Positions 35,755 through 54,020 of a stretch of DNA of 64,000 nt are shown in pieces. Source of the DNA: the human T2T-CHM13v2.0 reference genome, Homo sapiens; the NCBI RefSeq assembly GCF_009914755.1, contig NC_060934.1; one strand, written 5' to 3'. The position numbers and the translations under genes were made by a program. The notes beneath the pieces were generated by a model that was given only the letters and a program-made list of their open reading frames with translations, did no database searches and had not been told where the DNA came from. Position 1 is the first letter of the stretch. Each line of letters opens with the position of its first letter.

Positions 35755-36076
35755 AGGCAGGGCATTGTGGCTCATGCCTATAATCCCAGCACTTTGGGAG
35801 GCCGACGGGGAGGAGATCACTTGAGCCCAGGAGTTTGAAATTGGCCTGGGCAATATGGTGAAACCCAGTGTATCTAAAAAAGAAAAATTAGCCAGGTGTG
35901 GTGGTGCACACCTGTACTCCTAGCTACTCAGGAGGCTGAGATGGGAGGATCACCTGAGCCCAGAGAAGTTGAGAGTCTGCAGTGAGCTGTGATCGCACAT
36001 GCCACTGCACTCCAGCCTAGGCAACAAAGACCCTGCTTCAAAAAAAAAAAAACAAAAAACACAACAAAAAAAAAAA
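35755..36076 (+). mobile_element. AluJ
   Basis: Full dimer, diverged. Confidence 0.9.
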
Positions 36077-36618
36077 TCTTCAGTACAGGCAAATCTCTGA
36101 CTTTCAGAGTCAGGTAGGAGAGAACTTTAGAACTGTTGATACACCAAAGGCCGGTCTTTCTGGATAGCTTTTCTGAGGGATTACTTTTTATTTTCATTTT
36201 TAAATAAATGACACCTGTTACGTAAGTTCAACTTTAAAAAATAGTGCATTATTCTTCAAACATTTTATAAAATTTGAGAACTCTAAACATTAAAATAATT
36301 TAAAAAATTATACATACGAGAACATGTTCAACAATAAATTAGATTCTCCCAAATAGATCAGGATATAAGATACTTAATTATGTTCAAAATATCTACTAAG
36401 TTGTAAGTGTAGTAAAAATCTGTCTAGATCACTGTTATTATTCTCAGAAGTCTGTGTAGGAACTGGCACACCATGTATAGCCATGTAAAAACCACAAGCC
36501 TCATTATCCTAATAATCTTATAACTAAATCCTACTCATGGGAGTGAAAGAATGATTTTCAGAATTGGGTCAGTCTTCTTGGCTGTGTGAATAATTTGTGG
36601 AACTAAAGAAAATCTCTA

Positions 36619-36935
<317 letters not shown>

Positions 36936-37580
36936 TCTGCTGAGTGAATAATTCGAGGAACTAAAAAGAAAATCTCTGCTGTTTTGGGAAAGCCCAAAAT
37001 CCAGAGAACAGAATCAGCTCTCTGTTGTGTAACAGAGTTTATTTATTATGGTTGCCAATACTGAAAATTTGAACAACAGGTATGGTTCATTTTTATATTT
37101 CTGTAATAAAAAAGAAAAAAATGAATATAGTAGGCAGCACTAAGTATTACGGAAAATAATAGATACCATCATAAATCTTACCTAAAATAGAACAACATTT
37201 GATTTGGCTTTTTCAGTTTTTCTGTTTTAACCCTGATAGCATACTTTGTAGAGAAAATGTCATTAAGCAGGTCTGAGAAAAAAATTTTCAGAGCTCATTT
37301 GTTTCTATATGGTTTTACATTGATAATGTCCCATAGCAGCTAAGGTACTTGATGAGATAAATGCATGTGTGGGGTTTAAAACTAAGCAACAGCCTATCTG
37401 GCAACCTTAGCTGCGAATCAAACAATTACAAAATGGAAAGTACATCTTGTACAAGCTGACAGAGCCATTAAATCAGGAGAGCTGTGGGCAGACATACTGA
37501 CACTGCAATAATTACCAGAAAGCATTAATTTCAGCATTAATAAAATGGCAGTAAATAGATGACAGCTGCCAGATGAACTA

Positions 37581-37754
<174 letters not shown>

Positions 37755-39201
37755 TCAAATAAAATCCTCTCAGGGGTCAGGTTGCCAAGACTTTAGCTCT
37801 GTTAAAATATTAAAAACAAACCAGTGTCTGCAGGTCTGAGCAAAAGGAAAGGAAAGGAAACACCCTTTATTTTTAGATTGAGGCATATACAGTGTGCACT
37901 GTCAGGCTTTAAAAAGTAAAATGAAAAATTACCCAGAGACAACACAATGACATAGTGTAAACAGGTAAATCATTTATAGTAAGTCTCAGAGGTTAAAGGA
38001 TTTGGGGGCAAACAAAAGGAATCTAGTTCTTTGTTTTCCTCTAATACTAAGGACATGCCACTTGCATCCTGACAAAGCTCATTCCTCCTTTGCTTTGAGA
38101 GATCTGCTTTAAATCACTGGGGTTGTAACATCACTATATACTGTCCAGGAAATAATCCTAAGAAGTGTTACAAAAATGTGAAATAATTCAGTGCAGCATT
38201 CTACCTACTGTGCTCAATTGCTGACTGTGAGAAACTATTTTTAAAATAACAAAGACATCAAAGCAGACAATACCATGTTGCCTGTGGAAATAGAAAGGAC
38301 TGGTTGAGATGATAATTTTGGAAACATGTAAAATCCCAAATATTTAATCTCTTTATAAACTTGCATATATTGCTGTGCCAAGCAACTTTTCAAACTGAAA
38401 ACCAACAATAGAAATCTTCATGCTGGTTTGTAAATAATTGTAAATAATGTAGAATAAACATCTACATAGATGTTTGTTGCAACCATATATTTTAAACAAA
38501 ATAGCAAGAAAGCAGAGGATGGACTTGAGACATTATGAGGAATAAATTTGTGGCACGTGGGCAAGAGCTGATTCTTTCTGCCACAATGGTTTTCTCATCA
38601 AATAACAAACAAAACAAAACAAAACAAAAAACCCCACAAGCTTTCAGGTAGCATTTCTGCAAAATTTTATCTCTGGTTAACTAGAAGTAAGAATGTCAAA
38701 GTAGAAGACTATATTTCAAGAAGATATAGGAGACAAAGCAGCAAAGCACACCGCAGGTTCTGCCATCAACTGGTTTGTGGCATTAGGTCAACTGTCGCAA
38801 CATAGGTTTCCTCCACCTAATTTCACAGAAAAATTAAAGATAACTTAATAAGTTGGTCAAAGGCTTTAAGCTCTAATTAGAACCTATTCTACTCAGATTT
38901 AAACATGGAATTTAACCTCCACGGTTTCTGATTGTAGCTCAGAGGTAAAGAACTGTAGAGAATTCTGCCCCTCTTTGTCTTTGCTTTAGACTTTTGGTTT
39001 TATCTTCTCTGTTCTTCCCTTTGGTACAGGAAGATGGTAATAGTGTTTTCAATGCCAATGAACCTGTAATGCTGATTTCTTTTCTTTTTTCTTTTTAAGT
39101 TCACTTGCTGAAATACAAGTAGACAGAATGAGAGTGTGTGAGGGTCAAGCCCAAATTCCTTTGCTTTTAGCCATGGAATACTGAAGACAGAAACAGACTC
39201 A

Positions 39202-39462
<261 letters not shown>

Positions 39463-39673
39463 CTATTTGTAGATATCATGCTTGTTTACATAGCAAATCC
39501 TAAGGAATCACTGAACTAAAGAGAGAGGCCAGGCGCAGTGGCTCATGCCTGTAATCCCAGAGGCGGGTGGATTACCTAAAGTCAGAAGTTCAAGACCAGC
39601 CTGGCCAACATGGTGAAACCCCACCTCTGCTAAAAATGTAAAAATTAGCCAGGCTTGGTGGTGTGTGCCTTTA

Positions 39674-39862
<189 letters not shown>

Positions 39863-40998
39863 TCAAGGGTATGTCTGTGTACTAGCAACAAACAATGGGA
39901 AAATAAACATTTTTTAAAAATCCATTACCCATAATGTCAAAAACCATAAAATACCTAGGAGTAAACATAACAACAAAGAAGACACTACTGGCCAGGTGCA
40001 GTGGCTCACGCCTGTAATCCTAGCGCTTTGGGAGTCCGAGGCTGGTGGATCACCTGAGGTCAGAAGTTCGAGACCAGCTTGGCCAACATGGTGAAGCTCC
40101 GTCTCTAATAAAAATACAAAAATTAGCTGGGCATTGTGGCGTGTGCCTGTAATCCCAGCTACTCAGGAGGCTGAGGCAGGAGAATCGCTTGAACCTGGGA
40201 GGCAGAGGTTGCAGTGAGCGGAGATTGTGTCACTTCACTCCAGCCTGGGCCACAGAGCAAGACTCCATCTCAAAAAAAAAAAAAAAGACACTAGAAAAAA
40301 AAAGAAAACTTAAATGGAGACCTGGGAGGCGGAGGTTGCATTGAACTGAGATCATGCCACTGCCCTCCAGCCTGGGTGACAGAGCAAGACTCCATCTCAA
40401 AACAAAAACAAAAACAAAAAACAAACGAACAAACAATGAAAAAACACCTTCAGGAAAATGTTTAGACAAGACTGGAGAAAAAATATTTGCAAATCAAATA
40501 TCTGACAAAGGACTTGTGTTCAGAATATGCGACGAACTCCTACATGTCTGCAATAAAAACACAACCCAATTTAGAAAAATGGACAGAAGACCTGAATATA
40601 AACTTCACACAGGAAGATATACAACTGGCTAACAACCACATAAAATATTGCTCAACATTATTAGTCATCAGAGAAATGCAAATAAAAAAAATCACAGTGA
40701 GAAACCACCATACACTCAAAAGAGAGGCTAAAATACAAAAGAATAAAAACGAATGACAACACTAAATGTTGACGAGGATGGAAAACAAGTGGAAATCTCA
40801 TTTTATATTGCTGGGAGAACATAAATTGGTGTAATAATTTTGGAAAAGAGTTTGGCAATCCCTTGTAAAATTAAACATACACGTAACCTTTGACCTACAA
40901 TTTCCATTCCTAGATATCTACTAAACAAATACTGAAAATGTGTGCTCACAAAAACTGCAAAGAACAATGTTCATAGCAGGTTTCCTTACAATAGATTT

Positions 40999-41712
<714 letters not shown>

Positions 41713-42389
41713 AAAACTAAAGGTGGAAACAATCCAACTATTGATAAAAAATTAACAAAACATTTGCCACGATCACACAAAGGAATACTCCTTAGTAATA
41801 AAAGGGATAGAACCACTGACACATTAAAAAACATAGATAGATCTCACATTACGCTAAGCAAAAGCAGCAAGATACAGAAGTGTGTATGACATATATTTAC
41901 ATGACATTCTAAAAAAAAGAAAAAAGTAATTTATAATGAAAAGAATAAAAATTATGGTTGTTTCTGGGGTTGGGGACTGACCAGAAAAAGGCTCAAGGGA
42001 ATTTTCTGAGGTGATAGACATGTTTTTTTTTTTTTTATGTCTTGATAGGGGTGTGGGATATAAAAGCATATCAATTTGCCAAAACTCACCATATTATCCA
42101 CTTAACATTGTATACTTCAATGTGTGTAAATTTTACTTCAAAAATAAAAGAACTGTAAACAAATAATGAACTCTATTTAACAGGTTTACTTTTTGCAGTG
42201 GCATGGTTTAGAAGTTCTGAAATCACCTTTTGTATATATTAGGCTTAAACAAACGAGAAAAATTGAAGATATTGGGAGCCACATTCTTCATTGTTGGGGA
42301 AGAGAGTTCCAATTATGGAAAGGGGGAAAGACTATAATATAGGCTGTGAAGCTGGTTAAGAATGGGAGGTATCAATATAAATTCACAGT

Positions 42390-42395
<6 letters not shown>

Positions 42396-42422
<27 letters not shown>
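42396..42422. repeat. (TG)n microsatellite
   Basis: Direct reading. Confidence 0.93.
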
Positions 42423-43558
42423 TTGTAACATATATGTTCTAGTTCAAATCTTGGCTTCCAAAAACTAACTAAAATCCAGGACCACCTGCAGAAATGGCTG
42501 ATTCCAGAGCTGGTGCAGGGAATATACAAGATGAGCCTACAACATCTTTTTGTGCTAAAAAGATGGAGATGCTCAAAGAAGAAAGTGCATTAAAGAATGA
42601 TGGGCACATGTCAAAGGCACACAATAGTTAACTTGAAGGCATTCCCACTGATGGAATATGGGACAATTTAGCACCAAACAGAAAATAGCAATGGATCATA
42701 ATCCACTGAATACAATAAGAATGCAAGTGTCTATACTTGCATATATATTAATAAATAATAAATATTAATAAATAAGTATACACAAATAAGGAAAAAGGGA
42801 AAATCCTTCCTTATAGTAGAATGCCAACTACTAAATGTAGAAAGAATGGGAGTTTAAAAAATTAGCAATGACTGCTAAAATTAGTAGGTGAAGGTTTGAT
42901 GAGGACAAGATGTTTACAGTTTCAAAGTATATAAAATATATAGCGATACATTAATTACAGAATGAAAAAGTATAACCTGACAGTGGAGGAACCTGGTCAA
43001 CCCAACTTAACCAAGTCATTACACTGGTGTCACAAATATTGGGACAAAGTGCTATCACATGTCTCCTCAAAAGATATACTAAATAGAACACAGTATCACT
43101 TCAGTGGGATTCCTACCGAAATGAATAACCCGAACCTAATTAGGAAGAAGCAGTGGGCAAACACAAGAAGGACAATCTACAAAATAACTAGCCTATCCAC
43201 TTGAGAAATATCAAAGTGAACAAACACAAGGAAAAGCTGAGAAATGGTTCCAGTTTAAAGAATACCAAGGTGTGAGCCTGGACTAATTGAAGACTGGAAA
43301 GAAAGCTACAAAGGTCATAATTGGAATAACAAAATTATATTATAATGTAGATTAACTAACAGTACTGTATCAAATTAAATTTCCTGATTTTGATAACTAA
43401 CTGTGCTGTGCTGATGTAAGACAATGTCCTAGTTCTTAGGAAATATACAACAAAGTATTTAGGGATAAAAGGGCACAGTATCTCCAACATATTCCTAAAC
43501 AATTCAAGAAAAGAAAATAGAGAAAATGATGAAGTAGATGGGACAAAAATGTAAACTG

Positions 43559-43670
43559 GTGAATCTGAGTAAAGAGTATATGGAAATTCCATGTATTATT
43601 CTTACAACTTTTCTGTGAATCTGAGTAAAGAGTATATGGAAATTCCATGTATTATACCTGCAACTTTTCT
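43559..43670. repeat. Tandem duplication, 2 x 56 bp
   Basis: gtgaatctgagtaaagagtatatggaaattccatgtattat starts at 43559 and 43615. Confidence 0.92.
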
Positions 43671-43891
43671 GTAAGTCTGAAGTTTCATATACATACACAT
43701 AAAAACACGTAATATAAGGCCAGGCGGGGTGGCTCATGCCTGTAATCCCAGCGCTTTGGGAGGTCGAGGCGGGCGGATCACAAGGTCAAGAGATCGAGAC
43801 CATCGTGGCCAACGTGGTGAAACCCCATCTCTACTAAAAATACAAAAATTATCTGGGCGTGGTGGCGTGCACCTGTAGTCCCAGCTACTCA

Positions 43892-44044
<153 letters not shown>

Positions 44045-44597
44045 CTATGAAAATACTCTATTTTCATATATGATTAAAAATTTCCAGAATCAAAAGTTCC
44101 AAGATTTAAACTCAATACTAGAGTTTCCAGTCTATTATTTAATATACTACTTCTAAAAATAATTTGTATTTTAATTATTAGACATTTATCTAGAATTTTG
44201 GACAAGATATTCATGCTAAAAATCAAGAAAATAACTAGAAGATTTATGTTATTTCTTTTATGAAGCATTCCTTGACACCATAAGTAGGGTTGATTGTTCT
44301 TCCTCCATGCTCCCAAGGTATTTTGCACATAACATTGGTAGAGCACTTAACATATTGAATTGTAATCTGAAAATCAATTGCATTTCCACATAGTAGCAAT
44401 GAATAATTAAAAACAGAAATTTTAAAAACTTACAACAGCAACAAAATTATGAAATGCTTACGGATAAATCTGACAAAATGGGGAAGAATTATACAATGAA
44501 AACCATAAAATACTAATATAAAATACTAGTGAGTAAAACTGACATGAATAAACAGAGACATACATCCTAGACATGTGTCAAAGACAAAACATTGTTA

Positions 44598-44882
<285 letters not shown>

Positions 44883-45379
44883 TCAAAGCATTCTCAAAAT
44901 TCAGCAAGCTGTTTTGGTAAACATTGAAATACTGATTCTAAAACTTGGCAAAACGACGCTGAAGGAGAAAAAAGTTGAAGGACCCATACTACCTGATTTT
45001 AAGACTTATTATAAAGATATAGCAACCAAAACAGGAAGAAAGAAAACAACACATTAATAAGCTTACTTCAAAACTTAAAACTTCTGTGCTTCAAAAGTCA
45101 CTGTGAAGAGAATGAAAAGACATGCTAGAAATATCTGATAAAGGATTTATATCCAAAATATATAAAGCTTTCAAAACTCAATTAAAACAAAAAACAATGA
45201 AAACTTAAACAAAAGATAGCTTCATGGGTGTAGTCATACGTCCAAACTTACATAATTGTATACTTTAAACAAATAGTTTATTTTATGTCAATTATACCTC
45301 AATAAATCTGTCTTAAGAAATGGAATCTGACTCCCTCACTAGACTCTCAGCTCCTCAAGGGCAGGGATTATAAATTATA

Positions 45380-45693
<314 letters not shown>

Positions 45694-48202
45694 CTACATT
45701 AGCATCTTGTAATGCAAGAATATAAAAGCAGTTGAGTAAGAACTTGCCGAATAAACATAATAATTAATGAGCCAAAGAAATTTAACTGATGATTAAAACA
45801 ATGAGTCCAGAAATAATCCGAAGGCACTACATAACTGACGCATACTAAAAATTCACATCTACAATAAATGCATGGTATGGTAAAAAGAGCACTGCACTGA
45901 GATTAGGAAACGTGAGAAACTCAAAGTGGATCTTCACTAGCTAGGTGACCTTAGATAACCAAACCTCACTGGACATCATTCCATCATCTGAAATTCAGGG
46001 TTCTTAATAATTCTTATTTTGTTTACATCATAGAATTCCTTGGGAAACTAAATAAGACAAGTAAAAAATTCATTCAAACCCACAAAGCCATCAGTATTGG
46101 TGTCATTAGAAATAATTTTTTTAAGGGGGTAGAGAAACCACAGATGCGTGATTCTATTTACTCGAGGGTGAAAAGCAACCTGGTCTACTTGCCTGATAGG
46201 AACCAAGACAGCAAGGACTACTCCTTCTTTTGTTTTCTGCCTAGCGGTAGACAAGCCTCGTTTTTCCTGTTCATAAAAAGACAAACTGCCTATTCTGATC
46301 TGTTAACTCGGAAAACAAATACTTGTTCTGTCTTTTTAAAAGAAAGTGGCTGAAAAATATAAAATATCAATTATCATGTTTCTACTTCATGTTAATATAG
46401 TTTCAGTGTTCTTCTCTGAGAGGAACAAGGTTAGATTTACTTCCTTCCCTCCTTCATGGGAAATAAAAAATACACATACAAACACTTTTGTACTAAACAA
46501 GTTAAACCCTGGGTTTTCTAAGTAGACACCTTTTAACATGCCAACTGTCTCCTTCGAAAAAAGTGAATGCCCTTAACTTGTTTAAAATTTAAATTAATGA
46601 ACTATGATGAAAATATAAAGGTAAACTGGTAACAGCTACTGAGACAGAAGACTGAATGACCATTGTGATAGCTCTCACTAGGGATGGGCCTTTAAGACTT
46701 CATAGTCAAAGACCTTCACTTAAGGAAAAAACTAGAAGGAATCCATTAAAATCTTATGAGGAGTTCATGACCTCTTCATGATTTTTTAGATTTAGTAGTA
46801 AGAAACATGGTTATTTTCCCTTATTAGGAATAAGAGTTTGTAACGATCATGGGAAAAAACATTCGGAGATTAAAAAAAATTCTACTTACCAATGGATTGT
46901 TCCCTTGGAAAGCAGGTTTATATAAACACCATTTTACCCAAATTTTATTAGCATCACTCAAACAGTAGTGATTATGCAGTAAATAGAAAACTCTTGCTTT
47001 TAATTCTAATGATTATTAAAAACTTAGAAAAGACAAGCATAAAAACGTTTAATTTCCAAACATTTTTGGAAAACTCCAACTGAATTTGGACCTTTCCCAA
47101 TGAGCTGGTGTCTTGACAGGCACCTCTAGTACTTTAACTCTAGAAGATGTCACCAGTCCTATAAGCAATGGTGTCTACTTGTTATCATTTCTATCAGCTC
47201 TGCTGACATTTGGAAAAGATGTAAAGATTTGTGATGTCTGGGATAATCTGATTCACTAGAGGCAGGTTTTACGTTAAATACAGGAATACTCTGCCCAGTA
47301 GGTTTCATGTCTAGGCACCTGGTTTATGTGCTCACCAAACAGAAGCAGAAAAACAACTCTCAGAAAACTTAACACCCTTTAGTATTGAAACTATTTTCTG
47401 GATGTTGTACAGAAACAAGTAAGAGAAGACAAAAAAAAAAAAAAAAAGAAGAAATGGGAAGATTGGAATTTTAACTCTTTCCCTCTATCTATACTTACTG
47501 AAAGGTTTTTAACTCATGGCTGCCCCAGGCAGGATCACAACAAACAGAGGGATAACACTGTCTGTATAAAAGTATTTGCCTGTTTGCATGACCTGTTTCA
47601 TATTCTTTTAAAATAATGATACCAACCAGATGTCCCACAATGATGATAAATTTAATTTATTTCCAATTTCTCAAACTCTTCTACAGATTCAGGCAGCACA
47701 GTCACAGCCATTAGCTCACTGAGCTGGATGCATCATTGAAGGAACGGAATTGATCAGGCAGATAGATTGTAGTGCATGGCTAAGAGTCTCCTAAGGAGGG
47801 AGATGGCAGAAATCCAGACATCAAATAGATGATGAAATGGCCATTTCCATTAAGGTAACATCACATCACAGATATTAATTAGGAGGCACTATAATAAAGT
47901 TAAGTGGATGTGGGGGAAAATGCTGAGTTAAAAGTCACCCCATATGTCCTTAGCCTGAGGTAATTACAGATCTGAAGGTGAGTCATGGATCTGCAATTTT
48001 CCATTCATTTTACAATAGCTGCAGGAACGTTTAGAGATTACGTAAAAGGAGATTAGAATCCTTTTTTAGACTGGGGACAAATTATCTTTAAAAAAAGAAA
48101 ATATTCTTATGTTTTCCTTTTAACATTCCTGTTTTATTCCCAAGGAAAATGACATCCTTTATTTACATTAACATTAATGGAGGATGACAATGTACTGGCT
48201 AC

Positions 48203-48513
48203 TTTCTTCTTCTTCTTTTTTTCTTTTTTTTGAGACGGAGTCTCACTCTGTCACTCAGGCTGGAGTGCAGTGGCACAATCCCGGCTCACTGTAACCTCTG
48301 CCTCCCACGTTCAAAAGATTCTCCCACCTCAGCCTCCTGAGTAGCTGGGACTACGGGCACACACCACCATGCCTGGCTAATTTTTTGTATTTTTAGTAGA
48401 GATGGGGTTTCACCGTGTTAGCCAGGATGGTCTCAATCTCCTGACCTTGTGATGCCCCCTGCCTCGGCCTCCCAAAGTGCTGGGATTACAGGGGTGAGCC
48501 ACCTCGCCCAGCC
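48203..48513 (-). mobile_element. AluSc-like
   Basis: Full dimer. Confidence 0.92.
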
Positions 48514-48619
48514 CAGTTCTTACTACTTTCTAGAGAAATTAAGCAAATGAAACAAGTTAGCTTTAAGTTTAAATGCATTTTACCAAGTTTTTTATTTCAA
48601 GAATGTAAATTCATCTTAA

Positions 48620-48984
<365 letters not shown>

Positions 48985-49539
48985 GGAATAACAATCTTTT
49001 AAAGTATTATTTGATGTACGTAAATGATGAAGACAGCCATATTCCAAACCTGCAGAGCTTCCCTACAATAGTATGAGACCAATAGCCAAAGTGCTGGTTG
49101 CTCAACAATAGATTTATGCCAGTTTTTTTTGTTCTGTAATTCCTTGCAATCTTATCTCCCCTAGTACCTTGCCCAATTATATACTTCCCACGTGCATCCA
49201 TGATAACTAACAAATGCAGACAGATGGCCAAAATGTGAGTTGAGGAAGTGTTGAGTACAAAAGGAGTTTATCTTTCCATTTCAGTATAATTTGGATCATA
49301 ATCTCAGAATTCTGAATGCAGTACTCCAAGTCACTAACTTCAAATGGCTGACTGAGGCTCTGTCCAGGAAAAAAATTCCTTTGTGGAAGTTCCAATCTTA
49401 ATTTCCTACATAAACTCAGACAATTTACAATTTTTTATTTTTTGCCTTACTTCACCAAAAAAGCAGAATCACAGGGATAAAAATTTACATAGGATGTCTA
49501 AATGATGTAGAATAACTCATTGAAAGCTCCTTTATCCAT

Positions 49540-51230
49540 GGGTGCTTACAAAAGATAAAAAGATATCAGTAAAAAATGGTGCAGTAAAAACCTCTGAAAA
49601 CTCTCTCCTCCATGAAAGCAATGTGAACACTGTGATGAGCACTGTGAGAATCAACTGAAAAGTAGCCAAAGGCTTGCAGCAATCCAGGGAGTGCTTATTC
49701 AAGAAAAACCAGCTGAATCTTGGTAAAAACAATAAACTTTGCAGTGTTTTATTTGCCTTATTCCCATCCCACTCTCCCAAGCTCCATCTCGGCCTTAAAA
49801 ACTAACCTTCCTGAATCACAGTGAAAATCAGAAGCCATCAGAGGGGGCAAAAGAAAGCTGAAGCTCCTTCAAAGCCCAATTCTCAGAGAACTGTCATTAT
49901 TTGACCTGTCTGGTGGTCCCCTGGAGGGCCCCGCTCAGAAGGCTGTCTTTACTTTACAGGACTTGGAGCTTGGCCAGTAGGAAAAGCGTAATTCTTTTGA
50001 GGGTTTGATGAAAACAATTACAGGGATTGTTTAACACTGAAACTTCTTGAGGTGGTGGCAAACAGCTGGGGCAAACAATAGGCTAACCAAAAGCTTCAAA
50101 GGAAAAGTTGAAGAATGAGAATGTCCACAAAGGGCTTTGAAAAGTTCTAATATATTAAAACAAGAAGGAATCTAGAGGGCTCATGCGTGCCCATGGCCAT
50201 ATGAATGCTCAGGAAAAACTAGAGAAAGCCCTCAGCTCTCTCCTCTGCCTGACCTTGACAGGAAGTGAAGGCTAAGGCAGAGGCATCAACTGCTTAGTGC
50301 AGTGTTGAAGGTAGGCTGCACCTGCACATACAGCCCTTCAACAAAGACTATTAGACTTCATTGAGACTTATTAGTTTCAGGCATCTAAGGAAATCTGTTC
50401 AAGCATTAGCTGACTACTAATCTAACAAGCAGGGACTTCACTGGCCACACACAGAAAGAACACAGACATCACAAAATTAGTTTAGAAAAGTCATTGAAAA
50501 AACAGCAAGAAGGATGAACTGTGATGAAAAGCGAAAATCTGATTTCCAGGGTCACATTACATTATTTTAAATGTCCAGTTTTAAATGAAAATTAGAAGAC
50601 ATGGAAAGAAATGAGAAAGTATGGCCCATACTCAAAAAAAAAAAGCAGTCAGTAGTAACTGCCCCTGAGGAGCCCAGATGTTGGACTTAGTAGACAAAGA
50701 ATTTACATGAGCTATTTAAAATATACTGAAACAACTAAAGAAAACTATGTCTAAAAAACTAAAGTATAAGAATGATGCCTCTCAAATAGAGAATATTAAT
50801 AAATAAAGGGATAGAAATTATAAAAAATAAACAGAAATTTGTAATTGAAAAGTACAATAACTGAAATAAAAAATTCACCAGTGAGATTAAAAGCAGTTTA
50901 GAGCAAGCAGAAAAAACAACCAGTGAACTTGAAGACAGGGCAATTGAGACTGAGCCTCAGGAACAAGAAGAATAAAGAATGAAGAAAAATAAACAGAGCT
51001 TCTGAGACCTGTGGAACATCAAGTGAATCAACAAACACGTAATTTGGGAGTCCCAGAAGATGAGGAAAGGGGAAGAACAAACATTTGAAGAAATAATGGC
51101 CCAACATTTACCAAATATAACAAACATTAGAGAGGTTCAAAAAACTTCAAGTAGGATAAAGTCAAAGAGATCTGCATGTAGACACACCATATTCAAACCA
51201 TTGAAAGTCAAAGAGAATCTTAAAAGCAAA
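49540..51230 (+). mobile_element. Old L1M 5'UTR and ORF1 fragment
   Basis: ORF1-like purine-rich sequence: gtgaacttgaagacagg, gagacctgtgg, gggagtcccagaaga, tttgaagaaataatggc. Confidence 0.75.
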
Positions 51231-51834
51231 ACATAAGAAAATATACTCTTCTGAAGGTTGTCTACAAATCTATCTGAGGCACAGTGTGGCTTCAAGATTA
51301 GACTTTGGAGTCGGTTTTGTCATGTATGTCTTTGGAGGTAATGCGGTTGGGTACACATTTTATATAACTCATGGGGAGGGTTTTTCTCCTATTATAATTT
51401 TTGGGAATAACAATAAACTAAATTCTACAACCCAGGTGAGTGTTTAGACCCCGAAACTCATCTCCAAGCAGTAACAGATTCTAAGTGGAAATAAAAAATC
51501 CACTTTTTCAGGAAAAAAAAATAGTACCAGCAACTCATGGTGCATTAACGGCACTTATGTGGGAATATTCTTTTACGTACTTGAATAAAAGACTCAACTT
51601 ACATATGGTGCCTGATTAAGAGTTTCTTAAGAGATATGAGGTAATCATCATTTTTCTTGATAGCTTATTCAAAGAAAATACTGTTACATAGTGATCTCAG
51701 TCTGAAGAAACAAAAAAAAATTAAATCTCTATAACAGACCTAAAGCATACACGTGACTAAATTTCCCCCCTCCTCCTCCCATATTAGCGTAAAGAAATCA
51801 AGAAGGACAAGAAGAAACACCAAGATAATCAGAC

Positions 51835-52127
<293 letters not shown>

Positions 52128-52376
52128 CATGATAACTGAACTTTTTCTTTTAGGATTCAAAATAGGGTAAACAAAAGGTTACTGATTTCTCTAAATACTG
52201 TTCCTGTGCTTCTTATATTTACACAATGTCTTCATACTAAAGTACAAGAAACCACTTGAAAATTATTTTTAATAGAAACAAATCACTCTCAAATGGAAGA
52301 ATTACAACAGAATACATACTAGAGGCATATCACTATGTTCTTCTTAAGAGCATTATTATGTCATAAAATTTCAAAC

Positions 52377-52686
<310 letters not shown>

Positions 52687-52953
52687 CAAACTGTGGGGTA
52701 ACTGAATAGTTTTTAATCCCTGTTCCTCAGATAAAGATGCCACGAAAGAAAGAAAAGGTAAAAATAAGATGTCTTACTTAAGATTAGGAAAATAAGGCTG
52801 TAATAATTTCAAAAACTAAGTATAAATTAATGGATAAAAATATTGGGACTGATGCCCATGGAAGATAAAAGCTATACTGGGTAGTCTCTAGTCTTCATGA
52901 CAGATATTCACAGATGGGGAAGACTACCCCATTTTCCAGGCTTCCCAAAACTA

Positions 52954-53124
<171 letters not shown>

Positions 53125-53980
53125 TTAAATAATGGTCAAAAATACCTACACATATGATCAAGAAGCACATAGTCTCTAAGCTCTCATCTTTTCCTCTCCC
53201 ATGAAAATCAATCCCCAAATAAGTAATCTTCCCAGGAAGGGCAGATTTTGGTTGCTTAAGCTCTTTCCACCTCACTGCAGTTAACATCTCTGCACATTTT
53301 TCTGGATCCCAGAACCAGAGAAGCAATCTGGAAAATGGAGCTTTTAGGCAAAATATTATGTATCATACAGACTCTTGTTTATAAACCTATTTGTGTCTCA
53401 TGGGCCACAAATCAAGGGAGGTCTTTATCTGGGAAGGTTTCAAAGTCATTCTCCCCCATTCACTACTCAACTTCCCTTTATGTATTTCACGTGACTTTAA
53501 TATAATTAAACTTTTCTTATGTAATATGGTAACCAAACACTTGCCCTAAAGAACTGAAAAGTTTAGTAATCAACTTTTTGGGTAACCTTTTCCAACTTTA
53601 TTGTAAGAATAAAGAGATCGAATTTTTGTCCTTCTAAATTCAACCCCAAACCCCAAACTACATGAACATTACAAACTACTTTTTAAAAATATAACTAAGG
53701 AAAAAAGGAAGAAAGAAAACCCAGTATAGCAACAAAGATTCAATTAAAGTAATATTTCCAATTAGGTTGGAAACTCTTAAGCTTTATGTGGAGTAGTATG
53801 ATGGGATCCCCAAATGCCTACTAATAAAGAAGAATTACACAATCCTCCAGAGAAAGCAAACTCAACTTGCTGGCATTATTTCCGTTTGTCCAGTGTGTCC
53901 AGCACTATGCCAGCCTCATGAAGCAGTATGTAAGAAATAGCAACCATCTTTTCCTTAGTGAGACTATCTGAGGAGTTAGA

Positions 53981-53981
<1 letters not shown>

Positions 53982-54018
<37 letters not shown>
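53982..54018. repeat. (CA)n microsatellite, ~18 units
   Basis: Direct reading. Confidence 0.95.

Positions 54019-54020
<2 letters not shown>

Noticed and set aside
46884-47035. Cryptic exon using TTG|GTAAGT at 46884-46889
   Set aside because: The donor is strong but the only nearby acceptor (TTTTCTAAG) is weak; no other support
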